Below, one piece after another: positions 19,665 to 29,327 of a stretch of DNA of 64,000 nucleotides. The translations under genes were made by a program, and so were the position numbers. Origin of the DNA: a virus; IMG/VR virus record IMGVR_UViG_3300043783_000034, positions 9,922 to 73,921 of that record; one strand, written 5' to 3'. Numbering within the stretch: position 1 is the first letter of the stretch; each line of letters begins with the position of its first letter. The notes below the pieces were generated by a model that saw nothing but the letters and a program-made list of their open reading frames with translations, was not told the origin of the DNA and did no database searches.

Positions 19665-21280
19665 CCGCTGCCGGCGTTTTCTACCGATCGATCCTTCGGG
19701 AAACATCGCCCCCCAAGACGGCGACGGAGCGAGTAGCTCACGGCGAGGCATGCTGGTTCAATGGCCGCCTGGCGCTCGCCCGCGGCAAACTGGGCGAAGC
19801 GGCCGACTGGTACAAAGAAGCACTCGACGCCGACCCGCGTGCGACCGACTACCGCATCGAGTTCGTCATCCGGTGCCTGATCCCCATGGGCGCGCTCAAG
19901 GACGCGAGGATCGAGGCCGAGCGCGCGACGCGCATCGATCCGCACCACCCGATGGCTTGGCGGACACTTGCGAGCGTCGAGCATTCCATGAGCAATGCCG
20001 AAGGCGCCATTGCGGCCTATGACAGGCAGCTTGAGCTTCTGGATGCGGGAACGCCGGAATACGCGAATGCGCTGGTCGATCGGATATCGATCGCGATCGA
20101 CACCGCAGATTATGTGACCGTCCGGCGCCTATGTGATCGCGTGATGGGCACCGAGCGTCAGGCCGATGCGCTGCACTGCCTCGCGATGGCGGCCTACCGG
20201 GAGGCCGAACACGAGAAGGCAATCGAGTTATTCGACGCAGCGATCGCTGGCGGCTGCTACGACCCGGCGCTTGCGCGCTGGAACAAGTCGCTTGCCCTGC
20301 ACGCAATCGGCCAATGGGAAGAGGGCTGGTCCGATCACGAGCAGCGCGGCAAACAGAGAACCGACCGCGCGATGGCGCTGATGATGAATCGCTTCGTGAT
20401 GCCGATATGGGACGGCGAACCGGCACCGGCACGGCTTCATGTACATCAGGAAATGGGATCAGGCGACGTCATCGCGATGGCGCGTTATCTGCCGATCTTG
20501 GTTCGCCACGGCTATGACGTTCGGCTCGAAGTCAACGAGCAGATGGTCGACCTGATGCGCGCGAGCCTTGACGGCGTAACCGTGATGGCGAAGGCGCCAG
20601 ATTACCCGGGCGCATTGGGCATTCCGCCGTTCGACTACCACGTGCCGATGCTCTCGCTGCCGTATCTGTTTAAAACGACGGTAAACACTGTGCCAACTTG
20701 GATGCCATACTTGAAGGCGCCGACCAATTTTCTGAGATTCCAAAACCCAGGGCTCAAGGTCGGCCTATGCTGGTCATCAGGCATTCGCGACGGCGGAGTG
20801 TGGCTTCGCGAATACGGGATGCGCAAGTCCATGTCATTTGACGATTTACAGCCACTCATCAAGGCAACCGACCACCAAATACAATTCTTCTCACTACAGA
20901 TCGGTCCGGAGCGCAGACAAGTAGCGTGGCCCGTCTATGATATTGTTTTGCCCAAAAAACCCACTTGGGGCGAAACGGCCGATCTCATCGCGCAACTCGA
21001 TCTTGTCATCACCGTCGACACATCGGTGGCGCACCTCGCTGGCGCCATGGGCAAGCCGGTGTGGGTCATGGCGCAGCGCGACTGTTCGTCGTGGCACTTC
21101 ATGTGCTGGCGCCCTGACGCAGTATGGAACGACCGCAGCCCGTGGTATCCTTCGGCGCGCGTCTTCCGCCAGCACCGGTTCAACGAACCGCACAAGTGGG
21201 ACGAAGTCGTCGAGGACGTGACCAAGGCGCTCATCGAATGGGCCGACGCGCAAAGGGCAAATCTCGACGCCGCTGAATAA
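19601..21280 (+). CDS. TPR-repeat glycosyltransferase (GT-B, GT9/GT41-like)
   Basis: N-terminal TPRs; EMGSGDVIAMARY, FDYHVPMLSLP, LDLVITVDTSVAHLAGAMGKP, SPWYPSARVFRQ. Confidence 0.88.
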   Translation: MPADLNAMVESARAAVESDQVAAAGVFYRSILRETSPPKTATERVAHGEACWFNGRLALARGKLGEAADWYKEALDADPRATDYRIEFVIRCLIPMGALKDARIEAERATRIDPHHPMAWRTLASVEHSMSNAEGAIAAYDRQLELLDAGTPEYANALVDRISIAIDTADYVTVRRLCDRVMGTERQADALHCLAMAAYREAEHEKAIELFDAAIAGGCYDPALARWNKSLALHAIGQWEEGWSDHEQRGKQRTDRAMALMMNRFVMPIWDGEPAPARLHVHQEMGSGDVIAMARYLPILVRHGYDVRLEVNEQMVDLMRASLDGVTVMAKAPDYPGALGIPPFDYHVPMLSLPYLFKTTVNTVPTWMPYLKAPTNFLRFQNPGLKVGLCWSSGIRDGGVWLREYGMRKSMSFDDLQPLIKATDHQIQFFSLQIGPERRQVAWPVYDIVLPKKPTWGETADLIAQLDLVITVDTSVAHLAGAMGKPVWVMAQRDCSSWHFMCWRPDAVWNDRSPWYPSARVFRQHRFNEPHKWDEVVEDVTKALIEWADAQRANLDAAE

Positions 21281-21293
21281 AGGGGATTCGACG

Positions 21294-21449
21294 GTGTGGC
21301 AATCGCAAGCGCTGGCGCCGTTGCCCGTCTCCCGGCCCGCAGGCCCTACTCTGCAATGGCATGACGTCAAGGTCGGCGGCGGCGGATTCACGCGCGATAT
21401 GGATATCGCGCCGGACGCAGTCTCTTGGTTAGAGACAGACGGCTGCTGA
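21294..21449 (+). pseudogene. 51-aa relic resembling the start of a GH74-like beta-propeller
   Basis: AGGGGA RBS, GTG start; LQWHDVKVGGGGFTRDMDIAPD then an early stop. Confidence 0.45.
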
Positions 21450-21485
21450 TTCCGCGCAGGGCCGCCTAAATCAGGGAACGGAGCA

Positions 21486-23981
21486 TTGCCTGCTTCTATT
21501 GTCAGCATCGGCTCCAACTCGACGGTCGTAACCGGCAAGGTCACGATCACCCTTTCGGCTGCGGTGCCGGCTGGTGCTCAGATTGTCGTCCTTGCCTCTT
21601 ATAATTCGACGGGCAATGCAGGAAGCTGTGCTGACTCTGGCAGCAATACCTATTCAAGCGGGCCATTCGCGAACAATAATGGCAACGCTACTCTCGGCAC
21701 ATTGGCATCTTATATAGCGACGGCTAATGCCGGTCTTGCAAATGGAGGTACAATTACCTTTACATTGCCGAGCGGCGCAACATTGGCATCGGTTGCGGCT
21801 GTTTATTTGCTCGGCGTAGTGACCGGCACTCTGTCCCAAAGCAATAGCGGCAGCGGAGTAGGCACCAACCCCAGTATTTCCACTGTCGCCAATGTGCAAT
21901 CCGGTCAGGCCGCCGTCGCGGCTGTTTCCGGATCGTCGCTCATCACTTCCTTTACTCAGGACACCGCTGATGGCTGGTCAAGCCCAATCGGCGATGTATC
22001 CAATGCCGCACCCGTTTTGGCTGGTGGGTCGCAGGTTATCCCAGCGTCGGGAAGTTTGACTTACGCGCCGACTTTCGGCTCGTCCGATAATTGGGCGGCG
22101 GTCATCCTTATTTTTCTGCCGTGGACGAACTGGATACCGGAAGATCATCTGAAACCCAATCAGCACCCGCGCCCCGAGCGCAGCGGCGCCTTGCAGATCG
22201 GCGAAGGCAATATCAGCGGCACAGAATATCCGATCATACAGTGGTTCAATTACGGGTGGCCGGTCCAGCCCCCGATGATCCGACATCCCATGCCAGAGCG
22301 CGCCGGATCGATCATGCCATTGTCGCAGATCGATACGCTTTTCCCGTGGTCGCTTTTCGGATGGGAGCCATATTCGGTCACCTACGCAAAAGTAGGCGTA
22401 CGAGCGCGGCTCGTGCAGGCGCCGGATATCGGTGCGTACGTCGCGCCACCGCCCTTTACGATTTACCGCAGCGAGATCCAATCCTGGCAGTCGCCGCACC
22501 CGCGCCCGGAGAAAGGAGGCTCGCTTGCTGGCGGCGACTTCGGCGTTACTTTTCAGCAACTGCTTCCCCAATTCTATCAGGGATGGGAAGTGCTGCTCTG
22601 GCAGCCGCCGCACCCGCGCCCGGAGAAGGGCGGATCGATCGCGCGCGGCGACGACGGTACCGAGGCCAAATTCCAGTTCGTGCCTCCGTCCTTCATTTGG
22701 GCGGCCGAAGTTCAATATTCCTACGTGCTGCCGCGCCAGCCGATGCCTCTGCGAGATCCAGCGTGGCGGGTTGATAACGGTGCCGATTGGCCGACCCGTC
22801 CGTGGCTGTTCATGGGGTTCGAGGTACAGCAGCCCCCACCGCCGCATCCCCGGTCGGAACGGTGGGCAGCAGTCTTCCCAGAAGATGACGGTATCGAGGC
22901 GCCACTGTATCGATGGCAGAATTATGGGTGGCAGATCGAGCCACCATCGCCACCGCATGTGCGCTTCGAGCGCGCCGCCGGCGTGCTCCCGATCGTCAAC
23001 CCGGACGGCACGTTGCCCCCGTTCTATCAATGGGGTTGGGAAAACGCGCCGGCGCTGCCGCCGCATCCGCGCCCCGAGCGATTCGGCGCCAATGCCCGTG
23101 GCGATGATGGCACCGAGCTCAATCTCGCATTTTGGGTCACCGCCGGTCGTGGGTCGCAGGACTTCCAGCCCCCCCACCCGCGCCCGGAACGCGCGGGATC
23201 GACCCTCAAGGGCGACGAAGGAATCGAGGGCATCTATCATTTCGTAACGGCACCCTTCGCTTGGTCACTCGACGTCCATTACGCCTACCCGCATCGACCA
23301 TTCCGCGATGCCTCCTGGCGCGGCGACGATGGCGCGCAGGGCTTGTTCTCGCAGTGGATAAACGTCGGCTGGGAGCCGACGCCGCCGATGCTCTACTTCC
23401 CGCGCCAATGGCGCGCGGGCGCAACGATGCGCGGCGATGATGGCAACGAAGGTCGCTATCAGTTTTGGGTCAATCGCGGGTGGGAGGAGACCACCGTCGA
23501 CATTCCGCGGCGCCGCGTCGAGCGCGTTGGCACGCTTCCTGGCGACGATGGCATTGAGGCGCTCTACAAGCCCTTCATTCCAATCTTTACGTGGTGGTTC
23601 CCGTACCAACCACAGCGCATTCCCTTCAATCGGGAGGCCGCTATTGCGGCCGGTGACCACGGCACGGAATTGCCTTTCGTCCCGCCGTTCGTCGGCGGCG
23701 GAAAATTGTTCGAACCTCCGCAATATTGGCGCGCACGGTCGAAACTGGATGTTCCCCGGTGGGAAGAAGGCACCGAAGCGCCAATGCAGCAGCAGCCGAT
23801 CACCGGCTGGGACGGTACACCACCTGTGCTGCAGATACCGTGGTTCAAGTTCGCGGCCGCCTTCATGGCGGGCTCGCCGGGCATCGACGCCGTGTACTAC
23901 GTGCCGGTCTTCTATGCGAAGACGACGATCACGTGGATGCGCGGCGTAACCGTGGTAAAAGGCGAGTGGTCACCAGATTGA
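21486..23981 (+). CDS. large protein: N-terminal beta-sandwich plus ~14 Pro/Trp-rich repeats
   Basis: GGAG RBS, TTG start; repeated PPHPRPER..G....GDDG.E...GWE units. Confidence 0.8.
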   Translation: MPASIVSIGSNSTVVTGKVTITLSAAVPAGAQIVVLASYNSTGNAGSCADSGSNTYSSGPFANNNGNATLGTLASYIATANAGLANGGTITFTLPSGATLASVAAVYLLGVVTGTLSQSNSGSGVGTNPSISTVANVQSGQAAVAAVSGSSLITSFTQDTADGWSSPIGDVSNAAPVLAGGSQVIPASGSLTYAPTFGSSDNWAAVILIFLPWTNWIPEDHLKPNQHPRPERSGALQIGEGNISGTEYPIIQWFNYGWPVQPPMIRHPMPERAGSIMPLSQIDTLFPWSLFGWEPYSVTYAKVGVRARLVQAPDIGAYVAPPPFTIYRSEIQSWQSPHPRPEKGGSLAGGDFGVTFQQLLPQFYQGWEVLLWQPPHPRPEKGGSIARGDDGTEAKFQFVPPSFIWAAEVQYSYVLPRQPMPLRDPAWRVDNGADWPTRPWLFMGFEVQQPPPPHPRSERWAAVFPEDDGIEAPLYRWQNYGWQIEPPSPPHVRFERAAGVLPIVNPDGTLPPFYQWGWENAPALPPHPRPERFGANARGDDGTELNLAFWVTAGRGSQDFQPPHPRPERAGSTLKGDEGIEGIYHFVTAPFAWSLDVHYAYPHRPFRDASWRGDDGAQGLFSQWINVGWEPTPPMLYFPRQWRAGATMRGDDGNEGRYQFWVNRGWEETTVDIPRRRVERVGTLPGDDGIEALYKPFIPIFTWWFPYQPQRIPFNREAAIAAGDHGTELPFVPPFVGGGKLFEPPQYWRARSKLDVPRWEEGTEAPMQQQPITGWDGTPPVLQIPWFKFAAAFMAGSPGIDAVYYVPVFYAKTTITWMRGVTVVKGEWSPD

Positions 23982-23988
23982 GGACGCA

Positions 23989-24330
23989 ATGCTCTCGGGC
24001 GGCATCCAGGCGATTACCCGCGGCGCGACGATCCAGTTCGCAACGACGTTCTATGACGTCAATGGGAACGTCGTCGTGCCAGATTCCGCCAATGTGCAGA
24101 TCTTCTATGCGACGCCCGCCGAGCCGGACGGGATCTACGCCAATGTAGCAATGACGCGGCCCGGCATCGGCAATACGCTGTGGACGGCGCTGTGGGATTC
24201 GCGAGGTGCGCTCGCGCCTTGGGTCATCGAATGGGCGATCCAGACCGGCATGGACGATCCTATCCCTGTGACGCAGGAAGACGGCATCTTCCGACTCGTC
24301 GCCAACAACGCCAACTTGCCGACGTTCTGA
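23989..24330 (+). CDS. small Ig-like/beta-rich putative adaptor
   Basis: GAGG RBS; alternating beta-strand pattern. Confidence 0.6.
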   Translation: MLSGGIQAITRGATIQFATTFYDVNGNVVVPDSANVQIFYATPAEPDGIYANVAMTRPGIGNTLWTALWDSRGALAPWVIEWAIQTGMDDPIPVTQEDGIFRLVANNANLPTF

Positions 24331-24334
24331 TGCC

Positions 24335-24724
24335 ATGAACCTCAACTTTCTCGCCGGGGGCGTTGCGGCTGCGGTCAATCCGCAGATGCGCGTCAAGGTG
24401 CAGGTCAGCACCGGATGGACGCTGAGCCCAAACGGGGACGGCTCGCGCATTCCGTCCTACGCGCCGCCGGTCTATGTGTTCGGCCAGATCCAGCCCGTCA
24501 CATGGCGCGATATCCAGCACCTTGACGGATTGAACCTGCAAGGCACGCGCCGCGTGATATACCTCAACGGCAGAATCGAAGGGCTTGTGCGACCGACGAA
24601 TCAGGGCGGCGATCTTATAACGCTGCCGGATAAGTCGGTGTGGCTGGTGACGCTCATCATCGAGGGCTGGAGCCCGACCGCCGGATGGACGAAGGCTGCG
24701 ATCCAACTGCAAAACGGGAGCTGA
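24335..24724 (+). CDS. head-closure / head-tail joining protein
   Basis: MNL...AAVNP, QHLDGLNLQGTRR.IYLNG, GGDLI...WLV...E.W. Confidence 0.75.
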   Translation: MNLNFLAGGVAAAVNPQMRVKVQVSTGWTLSPNGDGSRIPSYAPPVYVFGQIQPVTWRDIQHLDGLNLQGTRRVIYLNGRIEGLVRPTNQGGDLITLPDKSVWLVTLIIEGWSPTAGWTKAAIQLQNGS

Positions 24725-24726
24725 TT

Positions 24727-25299
24727 ATGCGCAAGCTATACTTGGCTGCTGCGACATGGATTGCCCTCACGGCAATGGCATGGGCACAGGGCGCCACTGG
24801 CCTCCTGATCCAGCCTCTCGGTTATTGCCAGCTTTCCGCGACGCAGCTTTCTTCGGCGATCGGCCTTGCCTCGTGCACGCGGGCAAGTTTTACCGGCACC
24901 GGATCGGGTACGAACCTGACGACGACAAGCGTCACGGGAATCATCAAGGTCGGCGATACGGTGACGGGAACGGGCGTGCCTTCGGGGACGACGATTCTCT
25001 CGCAGACCAGCGGCACCGCTGGCGGCGCCGGCGTCTACGTGACCAGTGCCACGACTACATCATCGAGTGCCAGCCTTACGTCGGGCGGCATCCCTTCGCG
25101 AGCTAATCTCGTGGCGCTACAAGCCGAAACGGCCAACGTGCGCTACCGCGATGATGGCGGCGCACCCACGGCCTCGATCGGGGAAATTATCGTCAGCGGG
25201 CAGCAACCATTCCTGTATTCGGGGACACTGTCGACACTCCAATTCATCGCGGCAAGCGGCAGCCCGCTTCTTGACGTGCTGTTCTATTATTCGCCATGA
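24727..25299 (+). CDS. small virion-type protein with signal peptide and inserted Thr/Gly module
   Basis: MRKLYLAAATWIALTAMAWA-Q; PLGYCQ...VRYRDDGGAPTAS.G core. Confidence 0.72.
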   Translation: MRKLYLAAATWIALTAMAWAQGATGLLIQPLGYCQLSATQLSSAIGLASCTRASFTGTGSGTNLTTTSVTGIIKVGDTVTGTGVPSGTTILSQTSGTAGGAGVYVTSATTTSSSASLTSGGIPSRANLVALQAETANVRYRDDGGAPTASIGEIIVSGQQPFLYSGTLSTLQFIAASGSPLLDVLFYYSP

Positions 25300-25376
25300 C
25301 GTTTCTGCAAATCTTCGCGCTTTACTGCATTCCATCCTTGCTCGTGGCGTTGCTCGTGGTATTGCGCGCTTAAATC

Positions 25377-26129
25377 ATGGCCTCGATCTCTCCGACACAA
25401 TCGAACATCACCGCCGCGCTTTATGCATTCCTGACATTCATTTTGCCGCCGAATACCTTGGTGGTGCTCGCGGCCGATAATCGCGTCACTGAACCGAGCC
25501 AGACTAACTTCGTCGTCATGACGCCAATTCGCTTCGAGCGCATCGCCACCAACATCGACACCGGCGCAGACGTGAAGTTCACAGGATCCATTAGCGGCAA
25601 TACGCTCACTGTCGAGAGCGTGGCTATCGGGGTGCTCGCGCCGGGTGCCATCATCAACGGGCCAAGCATTCCCCCGGGCATCACGGTTGGCAGTCAGCGG
25701 AGCGGATCTCCGGGCGGCGCTGGCGTCTACGTTGTCAATGGCGCCCCACCAACGGTCCCCGTGGAAACCATGTCATGCGGGGCGATCGGGTTGTTGCAGT
25801 TGGCAGTCGTCACGGTGCAACTTGATTTTCATTCCGGAACCAATGGCAGCGCCAGCGCGGCGTCGGATATGGCGCAGACAGTGTCGACGGTGCTGCGCGA
25901 CGAGCAAGGCGTCAACTTCTTCGCAACGCTCGCGCCGCCCCTCAACGGCGTCGTGCCGCTCTATGCGGATGATCCGCGCTACATGCCTTTCATCAATGAT
26001 GCGGAGCAATATGAATGGCGATGGGTGCTCGAAGCGCGCTTCGAGGCCGACCAGCTTGTCAGTCTGCCGCAGCAGTTCTTCGACTCGGCGACGATCACGG
26101 TTGAGAGCGCGACGGCGCTACCGGATTAA
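25377..26129 (+). CDS. tail completion/neck terminator protein with inserted module
   Basis: DNRVTEP...FVVMTP, VQLDFH, PLYADDPR.MPFIN.AEQYE.RW; upstream of the sheath gene. Confidence 0.75.
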   Translation: MASISPTQSNITAALYAFLTFILPPNTLVVLAADNRVTEPSQTNFVVMTPIRFERIATNIDTGADVKFTGSISGNTLTVESVAIGVLAPGAIINGPSIPPGITVGSQRSGSPGGAGVYVVNGAPPTVPVETMSCGAIGLLQLAVVTVQLDFHSGTNGSASAASDMAQTVSTVLRDEQGVNFFATLAPPLNGVVPLYADDPRYMPFINDAEQYEWRWVLEARFEADQLVSLPQQFFDSATITVESATALPD

Positions 26130-26229
26130 GTCTTCTTGGCTCGCTACTCCCCTGACGCACTAGCACTTTCGCGGTCGCCCGCTATGGTCAACCCGGCTCG
26201 CTGTGGCAGCCAGGGGAGCGCCGCCGCCC

Positions 26230-28227
26230 ATGTCCTCAATCCCGTCCCAAGAAATTGTCAATACACAGGGCACGGTACTGGCGGCCGGCGGTGCGGGACT
26301 CCAATTCAACGGCCTTTTTCTGACGAACAACACGCGCGTGCCGATCGGCACCGTGATGCAATTCGGCAGTCTTGCCGCAGTCCAGCAATACTTCGGCGCA
26401 TCGTCCGTCTTTGCAGCGCGTGCGGCGGTCTATTTCACCGGCCCGGCCAATGCGACGCAGACGCCGCAAGGCCTTCTCGTCACGCAATATCCGTCGACGA
26501 ATGTCGCCGCCTATCTCCGGGGCGGCAATATCTCGGCGCTGCCGCTCGCTACGCTGCAGACCTACAATGGCACGCTCTCCGTCACCATCAATGGCAGCCT
26601 TAAGTCGGCGGCCATCAACCTCGCCACGGCGGCAAGCTTCTCGAATGCGGCCGAACTCATCGGCCAAGGCCTCGGTATTGAGGGCCAGCAAGCGGCAACC
26701 TTCACGGCCTCGGTCGGCGGTACGTTCACGTGTACGTCCACCGGAACGACACTCAACGTCTCTGCGGTTCTGACGGGCAGCCTACAGTCCGGCGACATCG
26801 TCAGTGGCACCGATGGCACGAACTCGCTGCCGGGCGGCACGCAGATCATATCGCAGCTCACCGGCACGCCTGGTGGTGTCGGCACGTACCAATTGAGCGC
26901 GGCGGCGACGCCGGGGAACCTCGGCAGCTGCACCGTCACGTCGCTATCGACTGTGCTCAATGTCACTGCGATCGCGAGCGGCGCCCTCGCCACGGCCGAC
27001 GTCGTGACCGGCACCAGCATTCCCGCAAATACGTACATCACCGGCCAGATCTCCGGGACGACGGGCGGCATCGGCACGTATGGCCTGAGCGGCACCGGCC
27101 ACACGATCGCCAGCGAAGCGATGACGGCCTTCGGGCCGGGCGTGGTCTACGACAGCATTTCCGGTGCCTTCGTGATCAATTCGAGCACGGCTGGCGCGAC
27201 GTCGACGATCACCTTCGGATCGGGCGCGCTCGCGACGAATCTACTGCTCACCCAGGCGACCGGTGCGGTACTCTCGCAGGGCAGCGCTCCAGCGACGCCG
27301 GCCGCGTTCATGACCGCTATCCTGTCGCAAACCGTGAACTGGGTCTGTTTTGCGACCGATTTTGATCCCGACGGCGGCTCCGGGAATGCGCAAAAGCAAC
27401 TGTTTGCGGCGTGGAAAAATACCGCGCTCGGCGGCAATCGCTTCGCATATGTTTGCTGGGACAACGACGTCACGCCAACCGTCAGCGTGCCGGCGACGGC
27501 AAGTCTCGGTTACATTCTCGATCAGAACGGGGACTCGGGAACGGCACTCATCTGGGAGCCAGCTGGCGCCGTCGGAGACGCTGATTACTATTCCGCCTTT
27601 GCGATGGGTTGGGCGGCTTCGATCAATTTCAGTGCGCCGAATGGTCGATCAACGCTCGCATTCAAGAATCAAGCTGGCCTCGTGCCAACGGTTTCTGATC
27701 CGCTTACGGCGCAGAACCTCGGCGGCAATCCGCAGGCGCCCGACAGCTTCGGCAACGGGTATAGCTTCTATGGCGCTTACGGCACGGCCGGTCAGAGCAA
27801 TACGTGGTTCCAGCGCGGTTTTATCACCGGGCCGTACGAATGGTTCGACGGATACGTCAACCAGATATGGCTGCTGAACCAATGCCAGATCGCGTTGCTT
27901 ACCGCATTCGGCAATCTCACTTCGCTGCCGTTCACGACCGCCGGCCAAGGCATCATCAGCGAGGTATTGCAGCCGTCCATCCAGGCGGGACTAAGCTTCG
28001 GCGCCTTCGGCCCTGGCCCGCTCACGACCTCGCAACAGGCGCAGATCAATCAGCAGGCCGGCGCGAACATCGCCGCGACGATCTCGGCGCAAGGCTGGTA
28101 TCTCCAGTTCATCGCGGCGTCGCCAGCGGTCAAGGCCTCGCGTGGGCCGCAGCAGCTCGTACTATGGTATCTCGACAATGGCGTGATCCAGTCGATCAGC
28201 CTGACCAGCGTCGCCGTCGTGGGCTGA
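26230..28227 (+). CDS. tail sheath protein, DUF3383 family
   Basis: SIPSQEIVN..GTVLAAGG, AAYLRGG, NGYSFYGAY, WFDGYVNQIWL. Confidence 0.88.
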   Translation: MSSIPSQEIVNTQGTVLAAGGAGLQFNGLFLTNNTRVPIGTVMQFGSLAAVQQYFGASSVFAARAAVYFTGPANATQTPQGLLVTQYPSTNVAAYLRGGNISALPLATLQTYNGTLSVTINGSLKSAAINLATAASFSNAAELIGQGLGIEGQQAATFTASVGGTFTCTSTGTTLNVSAVLTGSLQSGDIVSGTDGTNSLPGGTQIISQLTGTPGGVGTYQLSAAATPGNLGSCTVTSLSTVLNVTAIASGALATADVVTGTSIPANTYITGQISGTTGGIGTYGLSGTGHTIASEAMTAFGPGVVYDSISGAFVINSSTAGATSTITFGSGALATNLLLTQATGAVLSQGSAPATPAAFMTAILSQTVNWVCFATDFDPDGGSGNAQKQLFAAWKNTALGGNRFAYVCWDNDVTPTVSVPATASLGYILDQNGDSGTALIWEPAGAVGDADYYSAFAMGWAASINFSAPNGRSTLAFKNQAGLVPTVSDPLTAQNLGGNPQAPDSFGNGYSFYGAYGTAGQSNTWFQRGFITGPYEWFDGYVNQIWLLNQCQIALLTAFGNLTSLPFTTAGQGIISEVLQPSIQAGLSFGAFGPGPLTTSQQAQINQQAGANIAATISAQGWYLQFIAASPAVKASRGPQQLVLWYLDNGVIQSISLTSVAVVG

Positions 28228-28243
28228 TAGGAGCGCAGCAGCG

Positions 28244-28678
28244 ATGCCCGGAACGATCACATCGGCCAACGTCCTCCTGACGCTTTCGCAGACGATCCTG
28301 TTTCCGACGCCGCAGCCTATCCAGGGCTTCATGGCGGACGACGTTTTCGATACGCCGCAGGTGCGCACCAAGGAAGTGCTGATGGGTGTCGACGGCACGC
28401 TGTCTTTCGGCTTCGTATGGGCTGCGCGCCCGGTGACCGTGGCGCTGCAGGCCAATTCGCCATCGCTGTCGTTTTTTGACACCATCAATGCTCAGGAAGA
28501 GGCGGCGCAGGACGTCTACCCGATTTCCGGCACCCTGATTTATCCGTCAATTTCCACGCGATTCACCCTCGTCAATGGCGCCATGACCGACTACAAGTTC
28601 ATTCCGGATGCCAAGCGCACGCTGATCGGACGGCGCATGGTGCTCACCTTCAACCGGGTGATCGTCTCCCCGCAATAG
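28244..28678 (+). CDS. tail tube protein
   Basis: TITSAN, QGFMADD, MGVDG.LS.G, LQANSPS; follows the sheath gene. Confidence 0.82.
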   Translation: MPGTITSANVLLTLSQTILFPTPQPIQGFMADDVFDTPQVRTKEVLMGVDGTLSFGFVWAARPVTVALQANSPSLSFFDTINAQEEAAQDVYPISGTLIYPSISTRFTLVNGAMTDYKFIPDAKRTLIGRRMVLTFNRVIVSPQ

Positions 28679-28689
28679 GCTTTGCGCGT

Positions 28690-29154
28690 ATGTCGCTCAA
28701 AAGCAGCGTGGTTGTCGCCGCCTTTGGGCGCGACACCGGAAAGACCTTTCTGCTCACCGAGCAGCCGGCGATCATTGCGGAAAAATGGGCGCTCCGGTTT
28801 TTCCTGGCACTCAAGGGCACCGGCGCCGTCATCGACGACCGCGTCATGGAAATGGGCTATGTCGCGGTTGCGGTCCGCGGCATCAATTCGTTTCTCGCGG
28901 CCGACGTCGATTTCGCGAAGATCGAGCCGTTGCTCGACGAAATGCTCGGGTGTGTGCAGATCATCCGCGACAAGTCACGTCCCGAAGTCGCAACGCCACT
29001 TGTGCCGATGGCCGATATCATGGAAGTGCGAACGCTGATCTGGCTCAGGGGGGAGGTCCTGAGCCTCCACGCGGGTTTTTCCGTCACCGCGAGCCTCTCA
29101 GCCTTGCTCGACTTTCTGCGCAGCAAGACGCCGGCGATTACGCCCGATCCGTGA
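28690..29154 (+). CDS. tail assembly chaperone (G-like)
   Basis: GRDTGKTFLLTE, DIMEVRTL..LR.EVL.LH.GF; between tube and tape measure. Confidence 0.8.
   Translation: MSLKSSVVVAAFGRDTGKTFLLTEQPAIIAEKWALRFFLALKGTGAVIDDRVMEMGYVAVAVRGINSFLAADVDFAKIEPLLDEMLGCVQIIRDKSRPEVATPLVPMADIMEVRTLIWLRGEVLSLHAGFSVTASLSALLDFLRSKTPAITPDP
29073..29079 (+). promoter_or_regulatory. -1 ribosomal frameshift site G GGT TTT
   Basis: X XXY YYZ heptamer in frame; the -1 frame is open to 29327. Confidence 0.75.
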
Positions 29155-29327
29155 ACGTGCCGGCGACCGTCGAGGCACTGCTCACGTGCAAACCCGAGCT
29201 CTACCCGGCTTTTTGCACCGTACTCGGGCTCGAATCGCTGCATGACGTTCTCGAGGTGATCGAAGTCGAGGCCTACAACGCCCACGTCGCTGATGAGCGG
29301 CGCAGGGCAGCGGAGCGGGGGTCGTAA
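29074..29327 (+). CDS. tail chaperone extension (GT-like; -1 frame, or independent GTG start at 29151)
   Basis: VNVPATV...LESLHDVLEVIEVEAYN; TAATG coupling to the tape measure gene. Confidence 0.65.

Noticed and set aside
22120-23900. CRISPR array or DNA-level repeat element
   Set aside because: Repeats are conserved in protein and degenerate at synonymous positions; no constant DNA repeat with spacers and no cas genes
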